Source: an uncultured Halobacteriales archaeon (GTDB lineage Archaea > Halobacteriota > Halobacteria > Halobacteriales > SW-7-71-33). Taken from it: DNA of 48,340 nt. Below the pieces are notes generated by a model. It saw only the letters and a program-made list of their open reading frames with translations. It made no database searches and was not told where the DNA came from. The translations under genes and the position numbers were made by a program. Shown piece by piece: positions 9,059 through 17,486 of the stretch. Positions within the stretch are counted from its first letter, which is position 1. Every line of letters begins with the position of its first letter. The stretch is from positions 1-48,340 of the forward strand of contig CAZQHW010000002.1 in the NCBI GenBank assembly GCA_964593395.1, given 5' to 3'.

Positions 9059-10186
9059 ATGACGACAGGGGTAGTCGTGCTGAACTTCGGAGAGCCGTCC
9101 GAGCCGACCCGGGAGAACGTCGTCGCCTACCTCGAACGCATCTTCTTCGACAATGCCGAACTCGACGGCGACACCACCGAGGCGGAGGCCCGACAGCGGT
9201 CGCGCAAACTCGCCGAACGGCGCGCACCCGGGCTCATCGAGGAGTACCACGAGATGGGCGGGGGGTCGCCGCTGAACCCGCAGGCCCGGGACCAGGCCGA
9301 CCGTCTCGAGGCCGAACTCGAGGAACGCGGCTACGACGTCACCACGTACGTCGGCATGCAGTTCACCGAGCCGCTCGTCGAGGAGGCCGCCGAGCGCGCT
9401 CACGAGGACGACGTGGACCACCTGGTCGGACTGCCGGTGTACCCGTTGTGTGGCGCCACGACCACCGTCGCCGCCCTGGAGCGCCTGCGGGCGGCCGTCG
9501 ACGACCTCGGCTGGGGCGTCGACCTGGACGAGGTGACTGGCTGGCACAAGCACCCACTGTACAACCGGATGCGGGCGGACAACGTCCGTTCATTCGCCGA
9601 CGACCACGACCTCGACCTGCAGGACCCGGACACCGAACTGTTCTTTTCGGCACACGGCACCCCGAACCACTACCTCGACGAGGGCTCGCGGTACGACACC
9701 TACGTCTCCGAGTGGTGTTCGGTGATGAGCCGGATGCTCGACGTCGACGGCTACACACTTGGCTTCCAGAACCACGGGAACCGCGACATCCCCTGGACGG
9801 AGCCCGACATCGAGGACGCCATCGAGAACGTCGACGCCGAGCGGGTTCTCGTCGAACCGGTTTCGTTTATGCACGAACAGAGCGAGACCCTCTCCGAACT
9901 GGACATCGAACTCCGCGAGGAGGCCGAGGAGGAGGGCCTGGAGTTTTACCGGGCGCCCGTTCCCCACGATGACGACCGCTTCCAGTCGGTGCTCGCGGAC
10001 CTGGTCGAGCCGTTCGTCAGCGAGTTCGACCCGCGGTACTACCAGTTCCGGCAGTGTCAGTGCAAGTCAACGCCGGGGACGATGTGCCTGAACGCGCCGA
10101 CCGACGTGCCGGTGCCGGACCCCGTGAGCAGCCCCGACACCGAGATGTACGCAGACCCCGACCCCGGCACCGAGGCCGACGACTGA
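9059..10186 (+). CDS. hemH: ferrochelatase (protoporphyrin or coproporphyrin type) with Cys-rich C-terminal extension
   Basis: Lies within ORF 8885..10186. The start is taken at MTTGVVVLNFGEPSEP (ATG 9059). Motifs include the catalytic-His motif LFFSAHGTP and EPVSFMHEQSETLSELD. The C-terminal Cys cluster is C-Q-C-x7-C. Confidence 0.85.
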   Translation: MTTGVVVLNFGEPSEPTRENVVAYLERIFFDNAELDGDTTEAEARQRSRKLAERRAPGLIEEYHEMGGGSPLNPQARDQADRLEAELEERGYDVTTYVGMQFTEPLVEEAAERAHEDDVDHLVGLPVYPLCGATTTVAALERLRAAVDDLGWGVDLDEVTGWHKHPLYNRMRADNVRSFADDHDLDLQDPDTELFFSAHGTPNHYLDEGSRYDTYVSEWCSVMSRMLDVDGYTLGFQNHGNRDIPWTEPDIEDAIENVDAERVLVEPVSFMHEQSETLSELDIELREEAEEEGLEFYRAPVPHDDDRFQSVLADLVEPFVSEFDPRYYQFRQCQCKSTPGTMCLNAPTDVPVPDPVSSPDTEMYADPDPGTEADD

Positions 10187-10190
10187 GGAC

Positions 10191-11573
10191 GTGACCGACG
10201 CCTCCGACCCGACGCGGGTGACCGCCCGGGACCTGGAGACGACAGTCGCCGTCGTCGGCGCCGGTGTCACCGGACTCTCGCTCGTCCACCACCTCCGTGA
10301 GCGGGGCGTCTCGGCGGTCGCGCTCGAGGCCCAGGACCGCCCCGGTGGCGTCGTCCACTCCGAGCGCGTCGACGGCGACCCCCTGGAGCGTGGCCCACAC
10401 CGGATCCGCCGCACCGACCCCGTCGACGAACTGATAGCGGACCTCGACCTGGCGGACGAGGTGGTCACCGCCGCGGACGACCTCCCGCTGTACGTCTACC
10501 GGGACGGGCGGCTCCGCGTGGTGCCGCGGTCGGTCGGCGAGTTCGTCCGTACGGACCTGCTGTCCGAGCGAGCGAAGTTACGGACACTCGCGGAGCCGTT
10601 TACCCTGCCCGGCCGGCGCGACGAGCGTGCTGCCGACCTGTTTCGCCGCAAGTTCGGCGACGAGGTGTACGAGAGCGTGGTCGAGCCGCTGTTTTCGGGT
10701 ATCTACGCCTCCGACCCGGCGGAGATGCCCGCCCGCTACGCGCTGTCGGGCGTGTTGCGAGCCGAGCAGAAACACGGCAGTCTCCTGTCGGCGGCACTCT
10801 CGCGGGTCGACACCGACACGGCCCCGCCGATCAGTTTCGGGGACGGTCTCGGTCGACTTTCAGAGGCGCTGTACGAGGCACACGCCGACCGCGTCCACCT
10901 CTCGACGCCGGTCGAGACGGTCCGGCGGGTCGACGGTACAGGTGACGGGACCGTGGCTGGCGACGGCGACGCCCCGTCGTACGAGGTGGTCGCCGACGGG
11001 GTAACCGTCCGCGCCGACCGGGTCGTCGTCACCGCGCCGGCAGGTGCCGCCGCCGACGTGCTCTCCGGGCTGACGCCGGGGGCGGCCGAGGCGTTGGACG
11101 GACTCACCTACAACCCGATCGCGATGGTGTACCTCCGGGCCGACGTCGAGCGCGAGGGGTTCGGCTACCAGGTCCACGCCGACGAGGACCTGCGCACCCG
11201 TGGAGTGACCTTCGTCGACAGCCTGTTCGACCGCGAGGGGCTGTACACCGCCTTTCTCGGCGGGATGCGCGACCCCGACGTGGCCGAGGAGCCACCCGGG
11301 CGTCTCGCCCGGACTGCCGCCCGCGAGTTCGACACCGTTCTCGGGACCCTTCCGGAGGTGCTCGACGTGACGAAACTCCGCGCCTACCCGGCGTACGACG
11401 CCTCCTGGCGGGCGCTCGACGACCTCTCGTTGCCGCCGGGGGTCGAACTCGCCACCAACTACACCGCCCGCATCGGCGTCCCGAGCCGGGTGCGAGAGGC
11501 ACGCTCGGTGGCCGAGCGGATCGCCGACGAGCGGGCCGACGACGGCGACGAACAGGCGGCCGTCGAGGCCTGA
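10191..11573 (+). CDS. hemY: FAD-dependent protoporphyrinogen/coproporphyrinogen III oxidase (HemY family)
   Basis: GTG start 4 nt after the hemH stop. The dinucleotide-binding motif is VAVVGAGVTGLSLVHHL...LEAQDRPGG. The length (460 aa) and C-terminal amine-oxidase-like region fit HemY/CgoX. Confidence 0.8.
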   Translation: MTDASDPTRVTARDLETTVAVVGAGVTGLSLVHHLRERGVSAVALEAQDRPGGVVHSERVDGDPLERGPHRIRRTDPVDELIADLDLADEVVTAADDLPLYVYRDGRLRVVPRSVGEFVRTDLLSERAKLRTLAEPFTLPGRRDERAADLFRRKFGDEVYESVVEPLFSGIYASDPAEMPARYALSGVLRAEQKHGSLLSAALSRVDTDTAPPISFGDGLGRLSEALYEAHADRVHLSTPVETVRRVDGTGDGTVAGDGDAPSYEVVADGVTVRADRVVVTAPAGAAADVLSGLTPGAAEALDGLTYNPIAMVYLRADVEREGFGYQVHADEDLRTRGVTFVDSLFDREGLYTAFLGGMRDPDVAEEPPGRLARTAAREFDTVLGTLPEVLDVTKLRAYPAYDASWRALDDLSLPPGVELATNYTARIGVPSRVREARSVAERIADERADDGDEQAAVEA

Positions 11574-11600
11574 CACGCGGGCCGCCACGGGGGCCGGTGA

Positions 11601-12629
11601 CTACCGCTCGACCGACTTCGCGGTCTCGACGAACGCCCGGACCGACTCGACCGGCGTCGAGCGGTGGAGCCCGTGCCCGAGGTTCAGGATGTGTCCCGAC
11701 GGTCCGGCGGCCGCTATCACCTCGCGGGTTCGCTCGCGGACGAACTCGGGGTCACCCAGCAGGTACGAGGGGTCGAGGTTGCCCTGCACGGGGTGGTCGC
11801 CCAACTGCTCGCGGGCCGCGGCCATGTCGACGGTCCAGCCCAGGCTGACGACGTCGGCGCCGGTCTCGCGCAACAGGTCCAGTCGCCCGCCGGCGTCGCG
11901 GACGAACAGGATCACCGGCACGTCGACGGCGTCGACCAGCCGACGGTGTAGCGGAAGCACGAACTCGCGGTGGTCTCCGCGGGTGAGGTGGCCGGCGTAC
12001 GTGTCGAACACCTGGACGGCGTCGGCACCACGCTCGACCTGGAACTGGAGGTAGTCGACGGTCACGTCGGTGAACCGCTCCAAGAGAGCGCGGAAGGCGT
12101 CGGGATGCTGGGCCCGGAAACGCCGCAGCGGGACGTGGTCCTTGTCGGGTTCGCCCGCGACGGCGTAGGAGGCAAGCGTGAACGGTCCGCCGGCGAAGCC
12201 CAGAACGGCGGCGTCCTCGACGCGGTCGTCCAGGCGGTCCAGCAACGCCCCGACGTAGTCGAGATGTCGGGTCACGTCGCCGTGGCCCGTCGGCACGTCG
12301 TCGGGTGTCTCGACGGGCTCTTCGATCACCGGGCCGACGCCGGACTCCAGGCGGTACGAGAGCCCGAGTGGCTCCAACACGGTGAGGATGTCCGAGTACA
12401 TGACGACCCCGTCGGGGCGGAACCGCTCGTACGGCTGGAGGGTGATCTCCGCGGCGACCTCGGGCGTCGAGATCGCCTCCAGAAACGAGTACTCCTCGCG
12501 CAGCCGGCGGTACTCGGGGAGGTACCGGCCTGCCTGGCGCATCAGCCAGACGGGCGGTCGCTCGGTGCGCTCGCCGCGGGCCGCCCGCAACAACAGGTCG
12601 CCGTCGGCCGGCGCGGGCTCGTCGTCCAT
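11601..12629 (-). CDS. hemE: uroporphyrinogen decarboxylase
   Basis: The N-terminal signature is RPPVWLMRQAGRYLPEYR. Other motifs are VVMYSDIL, FAGGPFTLASY and ILNLGHG. Confidence 0.9.
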   Translation of the reverse strand: MDDEPAPADGDLLLRAARGERTERPPVWLMRQAGRYLPEYRRLREEYSFLEAISTPEVAAEITLQPYERFRPDGVVMYSDILTVLEPLGLSYRLESGVGPVIEEPVETPDDVPTGHGDVTRHLDYVGALLDRLDDRVEDAAVLGFAGGPFTLASYAVAGEPDKDHVPLRRFRAQHPDAFRALLERFTDVTVDYLQFQVERGADAVQVFDTYAGHLTRGDHREFVLPLHRRLVDAVDVPVILFVRDAGGRLDLLRETGADVVSLGWTVDMAAAREQLGDHPVQGNLDPSYLLGDPEFVRERTREVIAAAGPSGHILNLGHGLHRSTPVESVRAFVETAKSVER

Positions 12630-12715
12630 ACGTGCGATCCGACACCCGACGGTCTAACGGTGACGGTCTCCGCGGACGCCGACCGCTCACCCCTGCGTTC
12701 GGTCCCCGGTCGCGG

Positions 12716-12853
12716 TCAGCGCTTGTGTTGGGTGTTGCCACAGACGTTGCACTCAAGCAGGGCACCGGTCCCACCGCCGGCGGTGACGTGCTCCCACTCG
12801 CTCTCCCCACCGATCCAGTCGCTGTACTGGCCACAACTGTCGCACTCCATCAT
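12716..12853 (-). CDS. 45-aa zinc-ribbon microprotein (two CxxC pairs), not in the ORF track
   Basis: The reverse complement reads MMECDSCGQYSDWIGGESEWEHVTAGGGTGALLECNVCGNTQHKR followed by a stop. Third-position GC is high. An AT-rich box (ttctattatac on the - strand, + coordinates ~12878-12888) lies ~25-35 nt upstream. Confidence 0.65.
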   Translation of the reverse strand: MMECDSCGQYSDWIGGESEWEHVTAGGGTGALLECNVCGNTQHKR

Positions 12854-12932
12854 GCTCTCTGCACTTGTCGCCCGTCGGTATAATAGAATTTGAAGCGATT
12901 TTACACGTCTCGGGCCGGAACGATCCGCGGCG

Positions 12933-13523
12933 TCAGATGATGTACCAGCGCCGCAGTAGGGTGCCGACCGCGTCGATCCCCCGGAACCCGTAGGCGAAGG
13001 CGATCGCGACGGGCACCAGGGCGGCGAGTGCCGCCCGGACGAGCGTGGTGCGGTGGACGACCGAGAGGCCGACGACGACGAGCACGGCGCCGTAGGTCAC
13101 CGCGAGTGCGCGCACCTCGAGAACGGGGACGGCGGCGAACACGCAGGGGGCGGTCGCGTAGGCGATCACCTGGACGGTCTCGGAGACGCCGGCGCGACTG
13201 GGGGCCAGCGGGACGAGTGCGAGCGTCGCCGCGGCGGCCACGATGTGGAGTACGGCGGGGGTGACGATGACCACGACGGCACCGAGTGCCACCGCGGCTA
13301 CGAGAGGGTCGTCGGGGTAGGCGTTGGGCAGCGCGGCCAGTCGCACCGTCTCCTCGACGAGGACGACGACGGCGGCGAACACCAGGCCGGGTGCCTGGTC
13401 GTTCGGCGCGACCCCGGCCTCGAAAAAGCGAAACGGCCGGACCAGCACCTCGGCCCAGGCGTGGACGAGTGCGACCGGTCCGCGGTCGCGACCTCCCGTC
13501 GGCTCTTCCACCCACTGTGTCAC
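12933..13523 (-). CDS. integral membrane protein, Yip1-domain-like (about 5 TM)
   Basis: The 196-aa ORF has a short polar N-terminus followed by five hydrophobic segments. Its layout resembles archaeal Yip1-family proteins. The family assignment is tentative. Confidence 0.65.
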   Translation of the reverse strand: MTQWVEEPTGGRDRGPVALVHAWAEVLVRPFRFFEAGVAPNDQAPGLVFAAVVVLVEETVRLAALPNAYPDDPLVAAVALGAVVVIVTPAVLHIVAAAATLALVPLAPSRAGVSETVQVIAYATAPCVFAAVPVLEVRALAVTYGAVLVVVGLSVVHRTTLVRAALAALVPVAIAFAYGFRGIDAVGTLLRRWYII

Positions 13524-13570
13524 GAGACGATCCGTGACGGCGGCGGTTGAAACGGTTGCGGTTTGTCCCG

Positions 13571-14158
13571 TCAGTCCCCGGCGCCGACGTTCTCGCAGGA
13601 CTCGAAGGAGTCAGGATCAGGCCGGATGTCGGCGTACTGCACCGTCTGTCGCCCGAGAGTGACGACCCGTTCGCGCAACTGGTCGTCGGTGATCTCGCCC
13701 GCCTCGACGGCGCCGGAGGCCTTCGGGACTGCCGCCTGGTGGGGGATCACCCAGGCGTTCAGCGACCGACACACCGACCGGAGGTGGTCAAGCGCGGTGA
13801 TCGGGAACGACCCACCCGAGACCGCAAGCAGGCCGACGGTGGTGTCCTCGAACTCGTCGAAGCCACAGTAGTCGAGACAGTTCTTCAGCGGCGAGGCGTA
13901 CGACCCGTGGTAGACGGGCGTCCCGAGGACGACCGAGTCGGCACTCCGGATCGTCCGGCGAACGGCCTCGGCGTCGCCGGCGTCGTCGACGTCGGCGTCG
14001 TACACCGGCAGGTCGTACTCCCGCAGGTCGAGTAAGTTGGCGCTGCCGCCGGCGCGTTCGGCCGCCGCGAGCGCCACGCGGGTCGCCGTCCGACTCACCG
14101 AGGCGTCCCGCAGACTGCCCGCCACGCCGACCACTCGCGGTCCGTCGCTGTCGGTCAT
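13571..14158 (-). CDS. NADPH-dependent FMN reductase family flavoprotein
   Basis: Lies within ORF 13571..14221, with the start taken at MTDSDGPRVVGVAGSLR. The motif VLGTPVYHGSYASPLKNCLDY is typical of the NADPH-dependent FMN reductase fold. Confidence 0.8.
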   Translation of the reverse strand: MTDSDGPRVVGVAGSLRDASVSRTATRVALAAAERAGGSANLLDLREYDLPVYDADVDDAGDAEAVRRTIRSADSVVLGTPVYHGSYASPLKNCLDYCGFDEFEDTTVGLLAVSGGSFPITALDHLRSVCRSLNAWVIPHQAAVPKASGAVEAGEITDDQLRERVVTLGRQTVQYADIRPDPDSFESCENVGAGD

Positions 14159-14233
14159 GCCGTGGCGTTCGGCCCCCGGCACAGTAACTCCCAGGGTCGG
14201 CAACGCCGGTTCGCTTGGCACGCCCCGTCGCAG

Positions 14234-15766
14234 TCAGTCGGCGCCGTTCTCCGTCGGCACGCCGCCGTCCGCGACGGGGGCGGCCTGGTCGCCCGTCGTG
14301 TCGACCTCGCCGCCGGCGTCCGACGTGGCTCCGACGGTCCCGAGGGCGACGGCGAGGTCGGCGGTGCGCTCGTCGAGTGCTCCCGACCACTCGCGGAGCA
14401 ACTCGGCGGTCTCGACGGTCTCGGACGCCACCGCCGCTGCCCGCTCGGTCGCCCCGGTGGTGTCCGCGCCGGCCGCTACTGCGTTGTCCGCCAGCCGCGC
14501 CAGGCGGTCGGTGTCCTCGGCCTGGTGCGTGGCGGCAGTTTTCAGGTGTCCGACATCCGTAACGAGGTCATCGACTGCCGTGCGCGTGTGCTGGGCCGCC
14601 GTTGCGGTCCGCTCGACCGCGTCACGGCCGCTCTCGACGGCTGTCTCCACCTCGCGGACGGCCGTCGCAGTCGTCGCCGTCTGCGAGCGCAACTCGACGC
14701 TAATCCGCTCCGCCGCCTCGACCGCCGACTGCATCTCGTCGACGACGGCCTTGAAATCGCTCGTCGACTCGCGCTCGCCCCCCTCCGTGGCCGCGATGGA
14801 GGCGTTCAGCGCCGCCCGGTTGACGGCGGTCGCCAGTTGCTCGAGCCGTCCGGACAGTCGCTCGACGTCCGCGACAGTCGCGCCGAGGTGGTCTAACTCC
14901 TTGCGGGCGGTCGCGGTCGCCTCCGTGGCGCGTCCCAGCCTCTCGACGGTCACGGCGGCACACTCCTCGGTGACCCGTGCCGCCTCGACGGGCCGCTCGG
15001 CGGTCGTCTGGAGGTCGCCGGCGGCGTCCGCGAGCCGGTCTGCCACCTGAGAAACGGCGGTCACGTCCTCGGCGACCTGCCGGTGGCGCTCCCGACGGTC
15101 CCGGGCCGTCTCTCGTGCCTGGCGTGTCTCGGTCGCGACGCGTTCGGCCGCCTCGTGGAGGTCCCCGACCGCCTCGTGGACGCTGTCCGCGCCGGCGGCG
15201 ACCGCGTCGCCGCGGTCCTCCAGTTCGTCGGCCACGCGCGCCCACGCCGCGACCGTGTCGTTGAACGCCCGGGCGACCGCTTGCAGGTCGCCGCTCGCCC
15301 GCGTCGCGTCGAGTCGCACGGACAGGTCGCCTCGCCCGGCGCGGCGCATCGCCTCACAGTACTCGGCGACGACGGCCTGACGCTGCGCCGGGCGCTTCGC
15401 CGCCGCGGTCCGTGAGTCAAGCGCGTCACGGACCGCGACCATCGCGTCACCGACCGCCCCCACCTCGTCGCCGCGGTCGACAGCGACCGTCACGTCCCCG
15501 TTCCCGACTGCGACCCCGCGAGCGGCCGTCTCGAGCCGGGTCAGGTCCGCCGCCGTCCGCCGGCCGAGCCAGAACGTGACCCCGACCGGGACCGCGCCGG
15601 CCGCCACGAGCGCGGCCAGCGCCGTGTCCGACGGCTCGACGAGGCCAGCCCACACGACGGCACCGAGCGACGCCGCCACCGACAGGGCGACCACCCCGGC
15701 CAGGCGCCACGCGTATCCGACCGACAGATCCGACCCCCCCCACACTCCGTTTCCGAGGTCACTCAT
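14234..15766 (-). CDS. methyl-accepting chemotaxis transducer (Htr) with two TM helices, a ~5-residue outside loop, HAMP and MCP signalling domain
   Basis: TM1 is WRLAGVVALSVAASLGAVVWAGLV, the loop is EPSDT, and TM2 is ALAALVAAGAVPVGVTFWLG. The HAMP-like region is RRTAADLTRLETAARGVAVGN...VGAVGDAM. The signalling hairpin is AVNRAALNASIAATEGGE. Confidence 0.85.
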   Translation of the reverse strand: MSDLGNGVWGGSDLSVGYAWRLAGVVALSVAASLGAVVWAGLVEPSDTALAALVAAGAVPVGVTFWLGRRTAADLTRLETAARGVAVGNGDVTVAVDRGDEVGAVGDAMVAVRDALDSRTAAAKRPAQRQAVVAEYCEAMRRAGRGDLSVRLDATRASGDLQAVARAFNDTVAAWARVADELEDRGDAVAAGADSVHEAVGDLHEAAERVATETRQARETARDRRERHRQVAEDVTAVSQVADRLADAAGDLQTTAERPVEAARVTEECAAVTVERLGRATEATATARKELDHLGATVADVERLSGRLEQLATAVNRAALNASIAATEGGERESTSDFKAVVDEMQSAVEAAERISVELRSQTATTATAVREVETAVESGRDAVERTATAAQHTRTAVDDLVTDVGHLKTAATHQAEDTDRLARLADNAVAAGADTTGATERAAAVASETVETAELLREWSGALDERTADLAVALGTVGATSDAGGEVDTTGDQAAPVADGGVPTENGAD

Positions 15767-15934
15767 GTTCTCGAACCACTCTGCCTGAAATGAACTACTG
15801 CGGCCACAAACTTAATATTGTTGACTGTCGAGGCGTGTTTATTTGCTGTTTATCTTGAAACAAACGTCTGGAGCGAGTATTCCTGGCGATCCGCGGAGAG
15901 AAACGTTGAATGGCACCGCACGCGACGGGCCGCC

Positions 15935-16747
15935 ATGGCCACAGAGGACACCGACGGCGACGCCGCCGACTACGACACGCTCAGGGTGACGGTGAACGAC
16001 GAGACGGCGGTCGGGCACGTCACGCTCGACCGCCCGGACCGGATGAACGCCGTCAGCGTGGGACTGCTCGAGGATCTTGACCACGCGCTCGACGCCCTCG
16101 AGGACGAGGGGGTCCGGGCAGTGCTGGTCACGGGTGCGGGCAGTCAGGCCTTCTCGGCCGGCGCCGACCTCGGCGAGATCGTCGCGTCCGACCCGGTCGA
16201 CGCCGTCGAACTCTCACGACTGGGCCAGCGTGTCTTCGGCCGCCTGCGGGAACTGGACCACCCCGTGCTCGCGGCGATCGACGGCTTCTGTCTCGGCGGC
16301 GGCATGGAACTGGCGACGTGTGCGGACCTGCGGGTCGCGAGTGCGCGCTCGCGGTTCGGCCAGACAGAGCACGACCTCGGCCTACTCCCGGGGTGGGGCG
16401 GCACGCAGCGACTGCAGCGACTGATCGGCCAGGCCCGCGCGAAGGAGGTGATCCTCACCGCCGAGCAGTTCGACGCCGAGACGATGCAGGAGTACGGCTT
16501 CCTCAGCGAGGTCGTCCCGGCCGAGGAGATTGACGAACGCGCAGACGACCTGGCCGCCGACCTGGCGGCCGGGCCGCCGGTCGCACACCGGTTCGCGAAG
16601 CGGGCGATGCACCGCGGCGAGGACGACCTCGCGGCGGGCCTAGAACTGGAGGCACAGGCGTTCGGTCACGTGGTCGGGACGGAGGACGTCGCGGAGGGCG
16701 TCGCTGCCTTCCGCGAGGACCGCGACCCGGAGTTCGAGGGGGAGTAG
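15935..16747 (+). CDS. enoyl-CoA hydratase/isomerase (crotonase) family
   Basis: Lies within ORF 15818..16747, with the start taken at MATEDTDGD (ATG 15935). Crotonase motifs are VLVTGAGSQAFSAGADL and DGFCLGGGMELATCADLRVAS. Confidence 0.85.
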   Translation: MATEDTDGDAADYDTLRVTVNDETAVGHVTLDRPDRMNAVSVGLLEDLDHALDALEDEGVRAVLVTGAGSQAFSAGADLGEIVASDPVDAVELSRLGQRVFGRLRELDHPVLAAIDGFCLGGGMELATCADLRVASARSRFGQTEHDLGLLPGWGGTQRLQRLIGQARAKEVILTAEQFDAETMQEYGFLSEVVPAEEIDERADDLAADLAAGPPVAHRFAKRAMHRGEDDLAAGLELEAQAFGHVVGTEDVAEGVAAFREDRDPEFEGE

Positions 16748-16769
16748 GTTCCTCGGCGGCGCGACGAGA

Positions 16770-17348
16770 TTAACTGATGAACTCGTTGTTGCGCCAGTCG
16801 ACGCCGTTGTCGCCGTCGGCGTTATCGGGGTTCTCGACGACCTCGACGGAGGCCGGACGGTTCTCGCCGTCGACGATACGGGTCGCGTGAAGTTCCCCGT
16901 CGACCTCGGTGATGGCGGTCAGCGCGCCCTTCTCCGATCGGCGGGCTATCTCGACGAGCACCTCGAACATCGGGTACTGGAGTTTCGAGTTCTGGAGAAC
17001 GGTCTCGCGGTCGCCCTTGAACGCGGCGTACTCGACGAGTTCTGACTCCGGTTCCTCCTCCTCGTCCATCCCCCACTGGGGGCCACCTCGGCGGTTTGGC
17101 TCGGCACCCTCCTCGTAGACCCGGTTCTCGGTGACGCTCGCCTTCAGTTGGGCCGTGGGCGTGTACTTGCTCAGCGAGCCGTCTGCGGCGACGGCCCGGA
17201 AGATGAGGGTGTTGTTCCGACGTGTGATCTCGACGTCGTCGATGCTGTCGGGGAGGTCTGGGTCCTCGAAGAACTCGTAGACGTCCTCCAGCGGCAGTTC
17301 GAGCGTGGAGTGGAGCCGATATACGCGACTGGATGCTTCCTCTGACAT
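16770..17348 (-). CDS. acidic hypothetical protein (haloarchaeal-type, no family recognised)
   Basis: Lies within ORF 16770..17429, with the start taken at MSEEASSRVYRL (rc of 17346-17348). It has good G/C third-position bias and an acidic composition. Confidence 0.65.
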   Translation of the reverse strand: MSEEASSRVYRLHSTLELPLEDVYEFFEDPDLPDSIDDVEITRRNNTLIFRAVAADGSLSKYTPTAQLKASVTENRVYEEGAEPNRRGGPQWGMDEEEEPESELVEYAAFKGDRETVLQNSKLQYPMFEVLVEIARRSEKGALTAITEVDGELHATRIVDGENRPASVEVVENPDNADGDNGVDWRNNEFIS

Positions 17349-17486
17349 GGTGATCGGCGGGTGTCTGGTCGGACGCCCTTCACCCGTGCCTACGCGGCCA
17401 GTGCTTAAATGACCTGCCCTTTTGACCATCTCGTTCGGTCCGAGCGACCGTTCCGGGCCGTCCGCCGTGGCTCTCCGGCGCGGTGG

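Noticed and set aside
14037-15050. 337-aa Ser/Ala/Arg-rich + strand ORF
   Set aside because: It is antisense to the Htr/MCP gene. The composition reflects the Ala/Glu/Asp/Arg-rich coiled-coil signalling domain read backwards.
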